A stretch of 64,000 nt of DNA. Origin: a virus. Taxonomy: Duplodnaviria; Caudoviricetes. A program made the position numbers and the translations under genes. The DNA lies in the IMG/VR virus record IMGVR_UViG_3300034161_000008, positions 96,001 through 160,000 of that record; one strand, given 5' to 3'. The notes below the pieces were generated by a model. The model was given only the letters and a program-made list of their open reading frames with translations, made no database searches and was not told where the DNA came from. Shown one piece after another: positions 1-8,461 of this stretch; positions within the stretch are counted from its first letter, which is position 1; each line of letters starts with the position of its first letter.

Positions 1-2604
1 CCCAAGTACGGTAACGATGGTAACCGCACTCCGGATATTCCTAATGCTGCTGCTTTCCAAGCAGCATCTAACCAAATCGGGTCCAACGTCACCGACGCCC
101 GTACCACCATGCAGCTGCTGCCAGACATGGAGTTGTCTGCACAGATTCTGATTTCTTCGGTGTTGTCGCCTAAGGACATGACGACTACCGAGTTCACCAT
201 CGTACCGCCGGAAGGCTTGGTAGATGCTGAAACTCAGGCGGCTTTGGTGGCTCGTCTACGCACACATTTTGAGCAAGACTATAAAATAAAGCCGCTTCTT
301 CCAAAGATCCTGCGGGATATGCTCTTCGAAACAGGCAGTTACCCTGTAGCTGTTATTCCGGAGAACAGTCTGGACGAGGCGATCAACGCCGACTCACGGA
401 TTACGATGGAGTCGCTGGCTGAATTCTTCGACCCTGAAGGCACTCCTTTGCCATTGGGTTTGTTGGGTCCTGCCGCTGTTGTGGCTACACCTCCTCGCAA
501 GCGTCCTGGGTTGTCGATGGAAGGCATCCAGAGCTACAAGCCTAACGTTGCCATTGAGCAGATGGTGACCTTCCCTGGTGCGTTCCCAACGCCTGTGGAC
601 GACACGTTCCTCTCGGTGTCCGATAACCCATCGGTACTGAAGATTCCTGCGTTGAACCAGCGTGTGCGTGAAGCGCGTGTGTTGGATGCGTTGGGTTCGC
701 GTGCAATGGAATCGTTCAGCCATAAGCTCAACGACCGCCAGTTGACTGGCTTGGTCTACAAGCAGCGCGAGTATGGCTATCGTCCGATTGCCTCCCTGAA
801 GACTCAGGAACAGCTCAAGCGCCGTACCGTGGGCGAACCCCTGATTACTCGATTCCCTTCGGAGTCGGTGATCCCGGTTCACGTGCCTTCGTCGCCTGAA
901 GTGCATATCGGCTACTTCATCATGGTTGATGCTGACGGTTATCCTGTTTCGGTGGGGTCCTCCAAAGACTACTACCAGCAGATGTCTCAACGTCTGTCAG
1001 GTGCCGGTGGCGGTGGCTTTGCATCCTCCATGCTTGCGAAAGTACAGAACGGGATGGATGGCTTCAACTTGGGCCGCTCTGATCACCAAGAGCATTCCAA
1101 GAAGACGTTTGCCTCGATGGTTGAAGCTGACCTACTGGGTCGCCTGCGTAACGGCGTGTACGGCAATGGCGTAGCGCTGGCCAAAAACGACGACATGTAC
1201 ATGATCATGCTCGCTCGTATGTTGGCTAAGCAACACACGCAGATGCTGTTCCTGCCTGTGGAGTTGATGACGTACTTCGCATTCCGCTACAACGAAAACG
1301 GTATCGGTGAGTCGCTGATGGACGGGATGAAAATCCTGAACTCCCTGCGCGCAATGCTGATGTTCGCTGACGTAATGGCGGCTGTGCGTAACTCGATCGG
1401 CCGTACCGACGTGAAGCTGAAACTCGATGAGGATGATCCTGATCCGAAGAAAGCCATCGAGATCATGCAGCACGAAATCATCAACAGCCGTAAACAGGCG
1501 TTCCCTCTGGGTGCGAACAGTCCTACCGATCTGGTGGACTACCTGACCAAAGCTGGTTATGAGTTCTCGTACGAAGGTCATCCTGGCCTGCCGGATATCT
1601 CGGTAGAGTTCTCGGAGAAGAACACCAACTACACCAAGTCCGACCCAGACCTCACTGAGTATCTGCGTAAGGCTGCTATCGGTGCGGTAGGTCTCTCGCC
1701 AGAGAACGTGGACGCAGGCTTCCAAGCTGAGTTCGCAACCTCCATCGTGTCCAACAACCTGTTGCTCACCAAACGTGTTATGCAGATTCAGGAAGGCTTC
1801 ACGCCTCAACTGGCTGACCACATGCGTAAAGTGGCAATGAACTCGGAAAACCTCTGCACTGATTTGATGAAAATCATTTCTGATAACTTCGCGAAACTGA
1901 AAATCGAAGAGATCAAGAATGATCAAACCACTGATGAGCAGCGCCTCAACGACAAACAGTACGTGTGCAATAAAGTGCTGCGTGACTTCCTGCTGAACTT
2001 CGAAGTGACTCTGCCGTCGCCTAACTCGGTGACGCTGGACAACCAAGTCGAAGCGTTGAAGGTTTACTCCGAAGCATTGGACGCTGGTCTGGAGCACGTG
2101 ATCTCTGATTCGTTCTTCACGCAAGACGTTGGTGGCGAAGCTGCCAGTCTCGTAGGTCCGGCTAAAGCTATTGTGAAGGCGCAGCTGATGCGTACTTACA
2201 TGGCCGACAACGGCATCCTGCCAGAGCTGTTGGAAATCACCACACTGGGCGACGACAACAAACCGATGATTGACTTTGCTGGTCAATACACGGCTCACGT
2301 CGAAGCACTGACCAAAGCATTGGGTGCGTTGGCTGTTGGTCTGCATCCTCTGAAAGCTGCTACGGACGAAATCATCCAAGGTACGGGTGACCAACTCCAA
2401 GGCGGTGGTGACAACAACGAGAACACAGATGAGAACGCTGGCGGTGAGGAAGAGGGCGGTCCATTCGGCGACGACGAGAAAGATCTCTTCGCTGAAGAAC
2501 CCGAAACTCCAGAGACTCCTGAAACTGGCGTAGATAATCCACCAGCCGAAGAGAAACCAGCTGAAACTCCTCCTGAAGAAGAGGAAGAAGAGCCTGCTGA
2601 GTAA
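1..2604 (+). CDS. Putative portal protein (phiKZ gp129-like), 5'-partial
   Basis: Frame is open from base 1 (PKYGNDG...TTM), so the gene starts left of the window. >860 aa, with GEPLITRFPSESVIPVHVPS..HIGYF recalled as gp129-like. Synteny with RNAP/MCP/DnaB. SME/AME candidate prohead-protease sites; acidic Pro/Glu tail. Confidence 0.7.
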   Translation, partial: PKYGNDGNRTPDIPNAAAFQAASNQIGSNVTDARTTMQLLPDMELSAQILISSVLSPKDMTTTEFTIVPPEGLVDAETQAALVARLRTHFEQDYKIKPLLPKILRDMLFETGSYPVAVIPENSLDEAINADSRITMESLAEFFDPEGTPLPLGLLGPAAVVATPPRKRPGLSMEGIQSYKPNVAIEQMVTFPGAFPTPVDDTFLSVSDNPSVLKIPALNQRVREARVLDALGSRAMESFSHKLNDRQLTGLVYKQREYGYRPIASLKTQEQLKRRTVGEPLITRFPSESVIPVHVPSSPEVHIGYFIMVDADGYPVSVGSSKDYYQQMSQRLSGAGGGGFASSMLAKVQNGMDGFNLGRSDHQEHSKKTFASMVEADLLGRLRNGVYGNGVALAKNDDMYMIMLARMLAKQHTQMLFLPVELMTYFAFRYNENGIGESLMDGMKILNSLRAMLMFADVMAAVRNSIGRTDVKLKLDEDDPDPKKAIEIMQHEIINSRKQAFPLGANSPTDLVDYLTKAGYEFSYEGHPGLPDISVEFSEKNTNYTKSDPDLTEYLRKAAIGAVGLSPENVDAGFQAEFATSIVSNNLLLTKRVMQIQEGFTPQLADHMRKVAMNSENLCTDLMKIISDNFAKLKIEEIKNDQTTDEQRLNDKQYVCNKVLRDFLLNFEVTLPSPNSVTLDNQVEALKVYSEALDAGLEHVISDSFFTQDVGGEAASLVGPAKAIVKAQLMRTYMADNGILPELLEITTLGDDNKPMIDFAGQYTAHVEALTKALGALAVGLHPLKAATDEIIQGTGDQLQGGGDNNENTDENAGGEEEGGPFGDDEKDLFAEEPETPETPETGVDNPPAEEKPAETPPEEEEEEPAE

Positions 2605-2635
2605 CTCCTGAAGCAAAAAAAAAAGAGGTTGGTAT

Positions 2636-2677
2636 GGACATAGCCCCCTACCCCGAAGGGTAGGGGGTTTATGCCGT
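2636..2677. terminator. Bidirectional hairpin terminator between convergent genes
   Basis: CCCCCTACCC-CGAA-GGGTAGGGGG (2644-2667; UUCG loop on minus). TTTATGCCGT follows on +, CTATGTC follows on -; A10 run at about 2615. Confidence 0.85.
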
Positions 2678-3070
2678 CTACTGAACTACTTCGCTCTCAA
2701 CCTTGAAGCCGTGGAAACGAGCTTCTACTTTCTCCACGTTTTGCTGGCTGATTGATACATCACCCTGCACGACATCGATCCCGACTACGAAAGCTCGGAA
2801 CATGTGTGGGCGGGTTTTGTAGATTGCATTCAGCATGTCCGAAGCATCAGCACAGGCGTCGTCCATGATGTCGTAATCGCTTTTGTGAGCGTACTGATCG
2901 TAGTCGTGGTAGCAAGGGTTGTTACGGTAGCTGTACATCGGCACCGTTTCCAAAGCCTCGCCAGTCAACGCACCACGAACAATAGATGCGATTGCACCAT
3001 TGATTTCTGGATCAGCACCAACTACCAACACCACCACATCTGAATCGCGAGGGTTCGGGTTCTCACTCAT
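2678..3070 (-). CDS. Hypothetical protein, paralog family A (copy 1)
   Basis: VVVLVVGAD..GAIASIVRGAL...MLNAIYKTRPHMF..GIDVVQGDVSI shared with neighbours. Confidence 0.8.
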   Translation of the reverse strand: MSENPNPRDSDVVVLVVGADPEINGAIASIVRGALTGEALETVPMYSYRNNPCYHDYDQYAHKSDYDIMDDACADASDMLNAIYKTRPHMFRAFVVGIDVVQGDVSISQQNVEKVEARFHGFKVESEVVQ

Positions 3071-3079
3071 TGCAGTCCC

Positions 3080-3613
3080 TTACGGATAGATGGTGGTCAG
3101 GATTTGATCGACAACCTTTTCTTTGCCGATCGCTACGTGCGCAGTATGTCGAACTTCTTTAGTGATAGAAACATCACCTTTGACGATCTCAACACCGATA
3201 CGCATCTGGCCACGAGTGATGGCCGGATACGCAAAGCACATGCCTTCCCAGACGCTCTCGACTTCATCGAGGATCTTCTGGTTTTGGTCGTCGCGAGACT
3301 CATCGTGAAATTGCTCTCGGATGTCGACGTAGTCAACAAAGTTAGCAGCTTCTTGCAGATTACCCAACGGCACCGTAGGCACCGCCAAATACTGCTCGAC
3401 GAACGTGCGCAGGCAGTTAGCCAGCGCCGCAGTTACACGGTCGTCATTACCCACAACCAACAACGCCACTTCAGGAATACTTTCAGTGATGTCGTGCTTG
3501 GTGAGGATAGCTGGCACGTAAGCTTTTGGTTTCAGCCCAGCAGCAGCGATCTCCAGCTCTTCTTGCAACGTACCCATTGGCTTAGCCTTAGATACTTGAC
3601 GAGAGTTGCTCAT
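3080..3613 (-). CDS. Hypothetical protein, paralog family A (copy 2)
   Basis: VALLVVGNDDRVTAALANCLR...IGVEIVKGDVSI. Confidence 0.8.
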   Translation of the reverse strand: MSNSRQVSKAKPMGTLQEELEIAAAGLKPKAYVPAILTKHDITESIPEVALLVVGNDDRVTAALANCLRTFVEQYLAVPTVPLGNLQEAANFVDYVDIREQFHDESRDDQNQKILDEVESVWEGMCFAYPAITRGQMRIGVEIVKGDVSITKEVRHTAHVAIGKEKVVDQILTTIYP

Positions 3614-4043
3614 TCGCTACGACCTCCGCCTTAGGAATGTACAGCGGGTTGATGACGTCCACAGTAACCATAATGCCACGAGGGGTGTGAGATGCACCCA
3701 CTGGCAGTTTCGCTGTGAATTTGTGGAACTCAGGCTCCAGATACATGTCGGCGTTGCCAGTGAAGACCGTATCTTGATCAACGATAAACAAAGGCAGACC
3801 CAGATTGCGACCGATGGCGTGACCGTAACCGATGGTCAAGTTGTCAGGCACGGTCAGGCCCTGCTCAACCAAAGCTTCGATTGCCAGTGCATTCAGACTT
3901 ACTTCTGCCTGTTCGCCCACGTACGGTACGTACACGTACATGGTGTACGTTTGCGAGTTGTGGATCTTTATTGCCCGTACAGAGGCCACCGCGAGGTCGT
4001 CGGGTAGCGACGGTACTTCCAGCTGTTGATTCGTAGTAAGCAT
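3588..4043 (-). CDS. Hypothetical protein (not family A)
   Basis: 151 aa ORF tightly packed in the operon. Confidence 0.7.
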   Translation of the reverse strand: MLTTNQQLEVPSLPDDLAVASVRAIKIHNSQTYTMYVYVPYVGEQAEVSLNALAIEALVEQGLTVPDNLTIGYGHAIGRNLGLPLFIVDQDTVFTGNADMYLEPEFHKFTAKLPVGASHTPRGIMVTVDVINPLYIPKAEVVANEQLSSSI

Positions 4044-4555
4044 TAGTCTTCTACCTCTTCGAGTTCTTCTTGCAGCAGCATGGGTGCCTGGTCGTTATCA
4101 TCGGAGTCCAAGATGACGGCCATGCGCGCGTTGTGGTCGAAGCTGTCGGTGGACAGGTCTGGCATGCCAGCAGCCACGTAAGCTTTCATTGCCTCGACTT
4201 GCTCAGGCGACGGAGGTTCGCGATCGAACGACACGTTCTGAGTGGTCGGGGTCATTACGAACAGACTGTTCCAATTGTCCGTTCCGTCAGTGTCTTCGAT
4301 GATCATGCCGTGTGCATCAGGCACTGCAATAACGTGGATGTTCTCACTGAAAAGATGTGGGCGAGTGTCCTGAATCACATCCAGCAGACTCAGGGAGGAT
4401 GGAGCTTCGCCAACAGTTTCACGAACTACGGCACCAAAACCTTGCTGATGCAAAGTGTCGGCAATCAGCACGGTCAGAATGTTTCGGTCTTCCAGACGTC
4501 CGCCTGTGACCAACACGTTCAAGTCCATGTCGATTTCTTTATCGTCCAAATTCAT
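4043..4555 (-). CDS. Hypothetical protein, paralog family A (copy 3)
   Basis: LNVLVTGGRLEDRNILTVLIADTLHQQGF...SLLDVIQDTRPHLF. Confidence 0.8.
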   Translation of the reverse strand: MNLDDKEIDMDLNVLVTGGRLEDRNILTVLIADTLHQQGFGAVVRETVGEAPSSLSLLDVIQDTRPHLFSENIHVIAVPDAHGMIIEDTDGTDNWNSLFVMTPTTQNVSFDREPPSPEQVEAMKAYVAAGMPDLSTDSFDHNARMAVILDSDDNDQAPMLLQEELEEVED

Positions 4556-4582
4556 TGCACATACTCGTTGGGTGGGTACAGA

Positions 4583-4620
4583 GCATAAAGCCCCCTAGGC
4601 AGTTTTTACCACCTAGGGGT
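4583..4620 (-). terminator. Hairpin terminator followed by TTTATGC
   Basis: Minus strand: CCCCTAGGTGGT-AAAA-ACTGCCTAGGGG-GCTTTATGCTCTG. Confidence 0.8.
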
Positions 4621-4624
4621 TTGT

Positions 4625-5203
4625 TCAGAAGCTCTTGATGTGGACGTCGTTGTCGAGAGTCATCTCACGAACTTGAACGTTCATACCACCAGCCTTGAGT
4701 GCAGCGTTTGCCATTTCAAGCGCAGCCAGAGGACCGTTCTCTTGGAACAGTTCTTTGAGACTTGCATGATAGACCTTAACGCCTTCAGCTACAGCAGCAT
4801 CAATAGCGACAGCTTTCTGATGATCCAGTTGTTCTGCATTACGCAGAATGCCAGTCATCTCCGCTGCCAGTGAATCCCCAGCCGGAGTACCGATTTGCGG
4901 CCATGCCGACAAAGCAGAAGCAATTGCCGTATCGGAGATGCCGCGCAGGAACTCACGCGCAGTTTCGGAAGGCTTGTACTGATAACCTTCGTACGCTGCG
5001 ATATCCACACCAGCCTTGAAGTGCGCAGGCACCATTCGCTCAACTGCTTCCAGCATCGAGATGGTGTCGCCGACCTGCCGTGTGAAGTGTACGTTTTCGA
5101 ACCCGTGGGTACGTAACGCATCTTCAATCACTTTTCCAACAGCGGTACGAGAGATGTCGTCGCCATTGGAAATCAACACACTAACTGGGAGCGGATTTTC
5201 CAT
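4625..5203 (-). CDS. Hypothetical protein, paralog family A (copy 4)
   Basis: VSVLISNGDDISRTAVGKVIEDALRTHGFENV...SMLEAVERMVPAHF. Confidence 0.8.
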   Translation of the reverse strand: MENPLPVSVLISNGDDISRTAVGKVIEDALRTHGFENVHFTRQVGDTISMLEAVERMVPAHFKAGVDIAAYEGYQYKPSETAREFLRGISDTAIASALSAWPQIGTPAGDSLAAEMTGILRNAEQLDHQKAVAIDAAVAEGVKVYHASLKELFQENGPLAALEMANAALKAGGMNVQVREMTLDNDVHIKSF

Positions 5204-5205
5204 AG

Positions 5206-5712
5206 TTAAGCCTCAACAGGGCCGTAGGTGGCGCCGTCAGTTGTAGTGAAAGAAACAACGCGCTGCTGCTGACCAGCTTTGCGCAGAATATCGTTGGCTG
5301 CATCGAGAACAACGGCATCGCCGCCCTCTGCATACAGTTTACCGAAGAGTTCGTTTTCGAGGCGGATCTGCTTGAGGCGAGATTCTTGAATCTCTGCATC
5401 GGAACGTGGCGGAGCCTTCGGACCCGCATCAGCTTCGTACATGGTTTCCATCAGATTGGAGACCGCGTTGCTGGCACCTTCGTAGTCTTCCGACGTGGTC
5501 AGGCTGTACTGTTCGATAACTACCGGAGTGTCGAACATCTCCGGAGCATTGAGCAGCTCACTCACCGCATCCATCATCGACATTGGCGTAGCGTTGCACG
5601 TTACGTCGGTGAACTTACGGCGCCCCAGATCTTCTTGCAGCGCACCAGCAACAGCGGTACGCAGATAGGGATTGCCACCGGTGATCAGAACGTTTACTTG
5701 ATTGGTAGACAT
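5206..5712 (-). CDS. Hypothetical protein, paralog family A (copy 5)
   Basis: VNVLITGGNPYLRTAVAGALQEDLGRRKFTDV...SMMDAVSELLNAPEMF. Confidence 0.8.
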   Translation of the reverse strand: MSTNQVNVLITGGNPYLRTAVAGALQEDLGRRKFTDVTCNATPMSMMDAVSELLNAPEMFDTPVVIEQYSLTTSEDYEGASNAVSNLMETMYEADAGPKAPPRSDAEIQESRLKQIRLENELFGKLYAEGGDAVVLDAANDILRKAGQQQRVVSFTTTDGATYGPVEA

Positions 5713-5714
5713 GT

Positions 5715-6371
5715 TCAGTCCTTCACTTCTTCGAAAAGGGTGCCATCGCCAGCCAAGCCGTGATCGGCACTAACGGGCAAAGAAAAAGAGCCAGCGTCAG
5801 GAGCAGCAGGATCAACCACCACAGGCTTGATAGCTTGCTTGAAACGCGCCACGAGCGATGCGAACGTAAGGAGGCTCTGCATGGATTGCAAAATCTCTTC
5901 GCTGAAGTTACCGGATTCCACCAGTACATTCAGTTCGTCCACAGTGTAGTGGCGATCGCCCAACAGGATTGCGATCTTGTGTGCAGGTTTGCTGGTCAGT
6001 GCACGAGCCAGGTTCTTCTCGGCCACCGTAGGTTCCACGTACGGGGCGATGTCCATTGGCTGCGCGTACGAAGATTGATCTGGACGGAAGTTGTCGATAG
6101 CGTCGGTGGTATCGGTCTGCATGGTTGCGTGGGCAGCCAACTGCAAACGAATAGCGTCGATGTCACGACCGGAGACCTCAGCCAGATCACCAGAGTTCAC
6201 GTGAGACTTGAGCGCATCGGCGCAATTGATCTGTGGGCTAAACAAACCGCCCTTCATGATCTCCAAACCACCGAAGACCATTTGACCCACAGCACGTCGT
6301 TGTTCAAACGTGCCACCTACCACAACAACATTCAGAGCAGACAACGCCCCATCCTTCTTTTGCCCAGCCAT
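5715..6371 (-). CDS. Hypothetical protein, paralog family A (copy 6, most divergent)
   Basis: LNVVVVGGTFEQRRAVGQMVFGGL; GGAGG RBS just before the ATG. Confidence 0.75.
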   Translation of the reverse strand: MAGQKKDGALSALNVVVVGGTFEQRRAVGQMVFGGLEIMKGGLFSPQINCADALKSHVNSGDLAEVSGRDIDAIRLQLAAHATMQTDTTDAIDNFRPDQSSYAQPMDIAPYVEPTVAEKNLARALTSKPAHKIAILLGDRHYTVDELNVLVESGNFSEEILQSMQSLLTFASLVARFKQAIKPVVVDPAAPDAGSFSLPVSADHGLAGDGTLFEEVKD

Positions 6372-6382
6372 AAAGCCTCCAC

Positions 6383-6413
6383 GTCATAGAACCTGCCGAG
6401 TCGCCCCGGCAGG
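6383..6413 (-). terminator. Hairpin terminator followed by CTATG
   Basis: CCTGCCG/CGGCAGG stem at 6392-6413, then TTCTATGAC on minus. Confidence 0.65.
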
Positions 6414-6422
6414 CTCAGTGTT

Positions 6423-8426
6423 TTAGTTGACTACCGACATCAGGTAGAAGTCTTTACCGACGTGACCACGAGTCACTTCGATAACCTTCAGATCGTTGGT
6501 CAGGATCAGGTGACGTGCGAACTCAGCTTCCACATTGTCAGCACGATCGAAGATCCCGTGGACCAGAGCGTAGATCTCTGGAACCATCGAATCCAACACC
6601 GCTACAGCCAGGCCGTCTTGAAGTTCCACTTCCAGATCGTGGCTCATGCAGTCCAGCACAGTAAAGCTGGTTTCCTGAGTCAGATAGGTCAGGCAGATGC
6701 CTTCGATACCTGCCAGCAGTTGCTCGTCCATCATCTTGCGCTGGTCTTCCGGAATGGTGGCCAGTGCAGTACGGATGGTGCTTTCTTGGTTGGCTTGGAA
6801 CGCCTGGAAGATCACAGAGCCTTTCTTCTCGACGTAAGTGAACAGCTGACCGATGTCGTCGCTGAAACGCTCGATGTCGATACCCAGGCTGAGGTTCTTG
6901 CGCAATACGCGGTTGATGGTCTCAGTCATGGTTTGGTCGATCAGATACCACAGGCTGTCCGGGATATCGCCCTTGAGTGCCTTGAGCTTCTCAGCCAGAC
7001 CGACGTAAGTCTCTACGCCACCCAGACGGACAAGCTGCGCGGTGTGATCTTCCTTGGCGGAAGTGATCTGCAACACGCTGCCGTAGCTTTCGAATGCCAG
7101 GAGGTCTTTGCCTTCTTTCATGCACGCTGCTTGGTGAGCCAGACGTACATTCAGAATAGCCGCTTCCATCGACGTGCTGAGTTTCCACTCAGTGTCAATC
7201 CAGACCGGTACGACTTCGTCGACGCCTTCAACAGGAGGAACGTCAGAGATCATGTCAGCGTGGTTCAATGCTTTCACATCAGCCCACACGTCATCCATGT
7301 CCTTGGCGCCCATTTTCTGCACTTTGGCTGCCGGGCCAAACACGCCGCCCATGTTGTGCTGTTTCCAGTCCATCATAGCTTGCGTCAACTCCTTAACAAC
7401 GATGCCTACGGTGCCATCAGCGAAGATCTGATGGAACAGCAGGTGGGTGGATGGATTGTAAGCAGGCAGGTACGGTTGCACTGCATTCGGACGCCAGATT
7501 TCTTCGGAGTCCACGGCAGGGATCAGGAAGCTACCGTCTTGCAGCACGGTGAGCAATTCGTGGTCGGCGTACTGCGCTGGTACATTGTTGGTTTTCACTG
7601 GTGCCACTTCCTTGGCCACGGGAGCCTTAGCGTGAGTTGCGTGAGCCTGACGGATCGCTGCTGGCTGCTGGAGAGGCTGTCCTGCTTCGAACGTGACCTC
7701 TTCCATGCCTTGGCCTACCTTGTTAGCGTAACGGTCTACACGACCGCCTGGGCCACGTACAGCTGGACCTTGCGCTGGTGCACCACCGTACAACGACGCT
7801 TGCTGACCCTGACCGGTCAGAGAAACGCCGTTTGGAGCCTGGCGCACGAAGTTATTCGGTGCGTGTGGCTGCTGTTGCTGGAAGTTCTGGTTCTGCACAA
7901 ACCCTGCTGGCTGTTGTGCCTGCTGAGCCTGAGCCGATTTCATCTGCGTGATTTCTGCACCGGTCTGACGGAACGCTTGCACCAGTTGGTTGACCGCATC
8001 CGAAGATTGCGCTGGTACGTAAGCTTGCAGGCCGGGGTAGGTGTACACGTTTGCCGCGGCAATCATTTCGATTACACGAGGTACGCAGATGGCTGCCGCA
8101 CTGCCCGGATCAGAATGCTGACGCTTCATGATCTGGAGTTGGATGTAGTCACACGCCGCAGCAACAGTATCCGCGAACTCTTGGTTCATGAAGTTGTTCT
8201 GCGAGTTCAGGTTGAACATGAAGCAACGCATCGAGTTGTTCTGCGCCGTCTGCTGAATCTCTACAGCACAGCAGCCTGCGATATACGCCACGAACGTCTG
8301 CATATACGGAGGTACTTGTAGCTGTGGCACGAACGGCGGATTCTGAGGGTTGATGTTCAGAAACGGCGTGATCAACGAATCAGCTGGAACAGGTAACTGC
8401 GCTTGCATCTGGCCTTGAGGAAACAT
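6423..8426 (-). CDS. Conserved phiKZ-like hypothetical protein next to nvRNAP, with a Q/P/A-rich disordered linker
   Basis: 667 aa; low-complexity QQAQQPAGFVQNQNFQQQQP segment between two globular-looking regions; core-block position. Confidence 0.75.
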   Translation of the reverse strand: MFPQGQMQAQLPVPADSLITPFLNINPQNPPFVPQLQVPPYMQTFVAYIAGCCAVEIQQTAQNNSMRCFMFNLNSQNNFMNQEFADTVAAACDYIQLQIMKRQHSDPGSAAAICVPRVIEMIAAANVYTYPGLQAYVPAQSSDAVNQLVQAFRQTGAEITQMKSAQAQQAQQPAGFVQNQNFQQQQPHAPNNFVRQAPNGVSLTGQGQQASLYGGAPAQGPAVRGPGGRVDRYANKVGQGMEEVTFEAGQPLQQPAAIRQAHATHAKAPVAKEVAPVKTNNVPAQYADHELLTVLQDGSFLIPAVDSEEIWRPNAVQPYLPAYNPSTHLLFHQIFADGTVGIVVKELTQAMMDWKQHNMGGVFGPAAKVQKMGAKDMDDVWADVKALNHADMISDVPPVEGVDEVVPVWIDTEWKLSTSMEAAILNVRLAHQAACMKEGKDLLAFESYGSVLQITSAKEDHTAQLVRLGGVETYVGLAEKLKALKGDIPDSLWYLIDQTMTETINRVLRKNLSLGIDIERFSDDIGQLFTYVEKKGSVIFQAFQANQESTIRTALATIPEDQRKMMDEQLLAGIEGICLTYLTQETSFTVLDCMSHDLEVELQDGLAVAVLDSMVPEIYALVHGIFDRADNVEAEFARHLILTNDLKVIEVTRGHVGKDFYLMSVVN

Positions 8427-8461
8427 GTTTCATCCTTCTTGATTTTTTAGCGATCAACTCG

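Noticed and set aside
2372-2604. GAA/CCAGA short repeats at the portal 3' end
   Set aside because: Simply encode the acidic Pro/Glu tail; not a DNA-level element
1132-2616. 494-aa minus-strand ORF
   Set aside because: Antisense shadow of the portal gene
6462-8321. 619-aa plus-strand ORF
   Set aside because: Antisense shadow of 6423-8426
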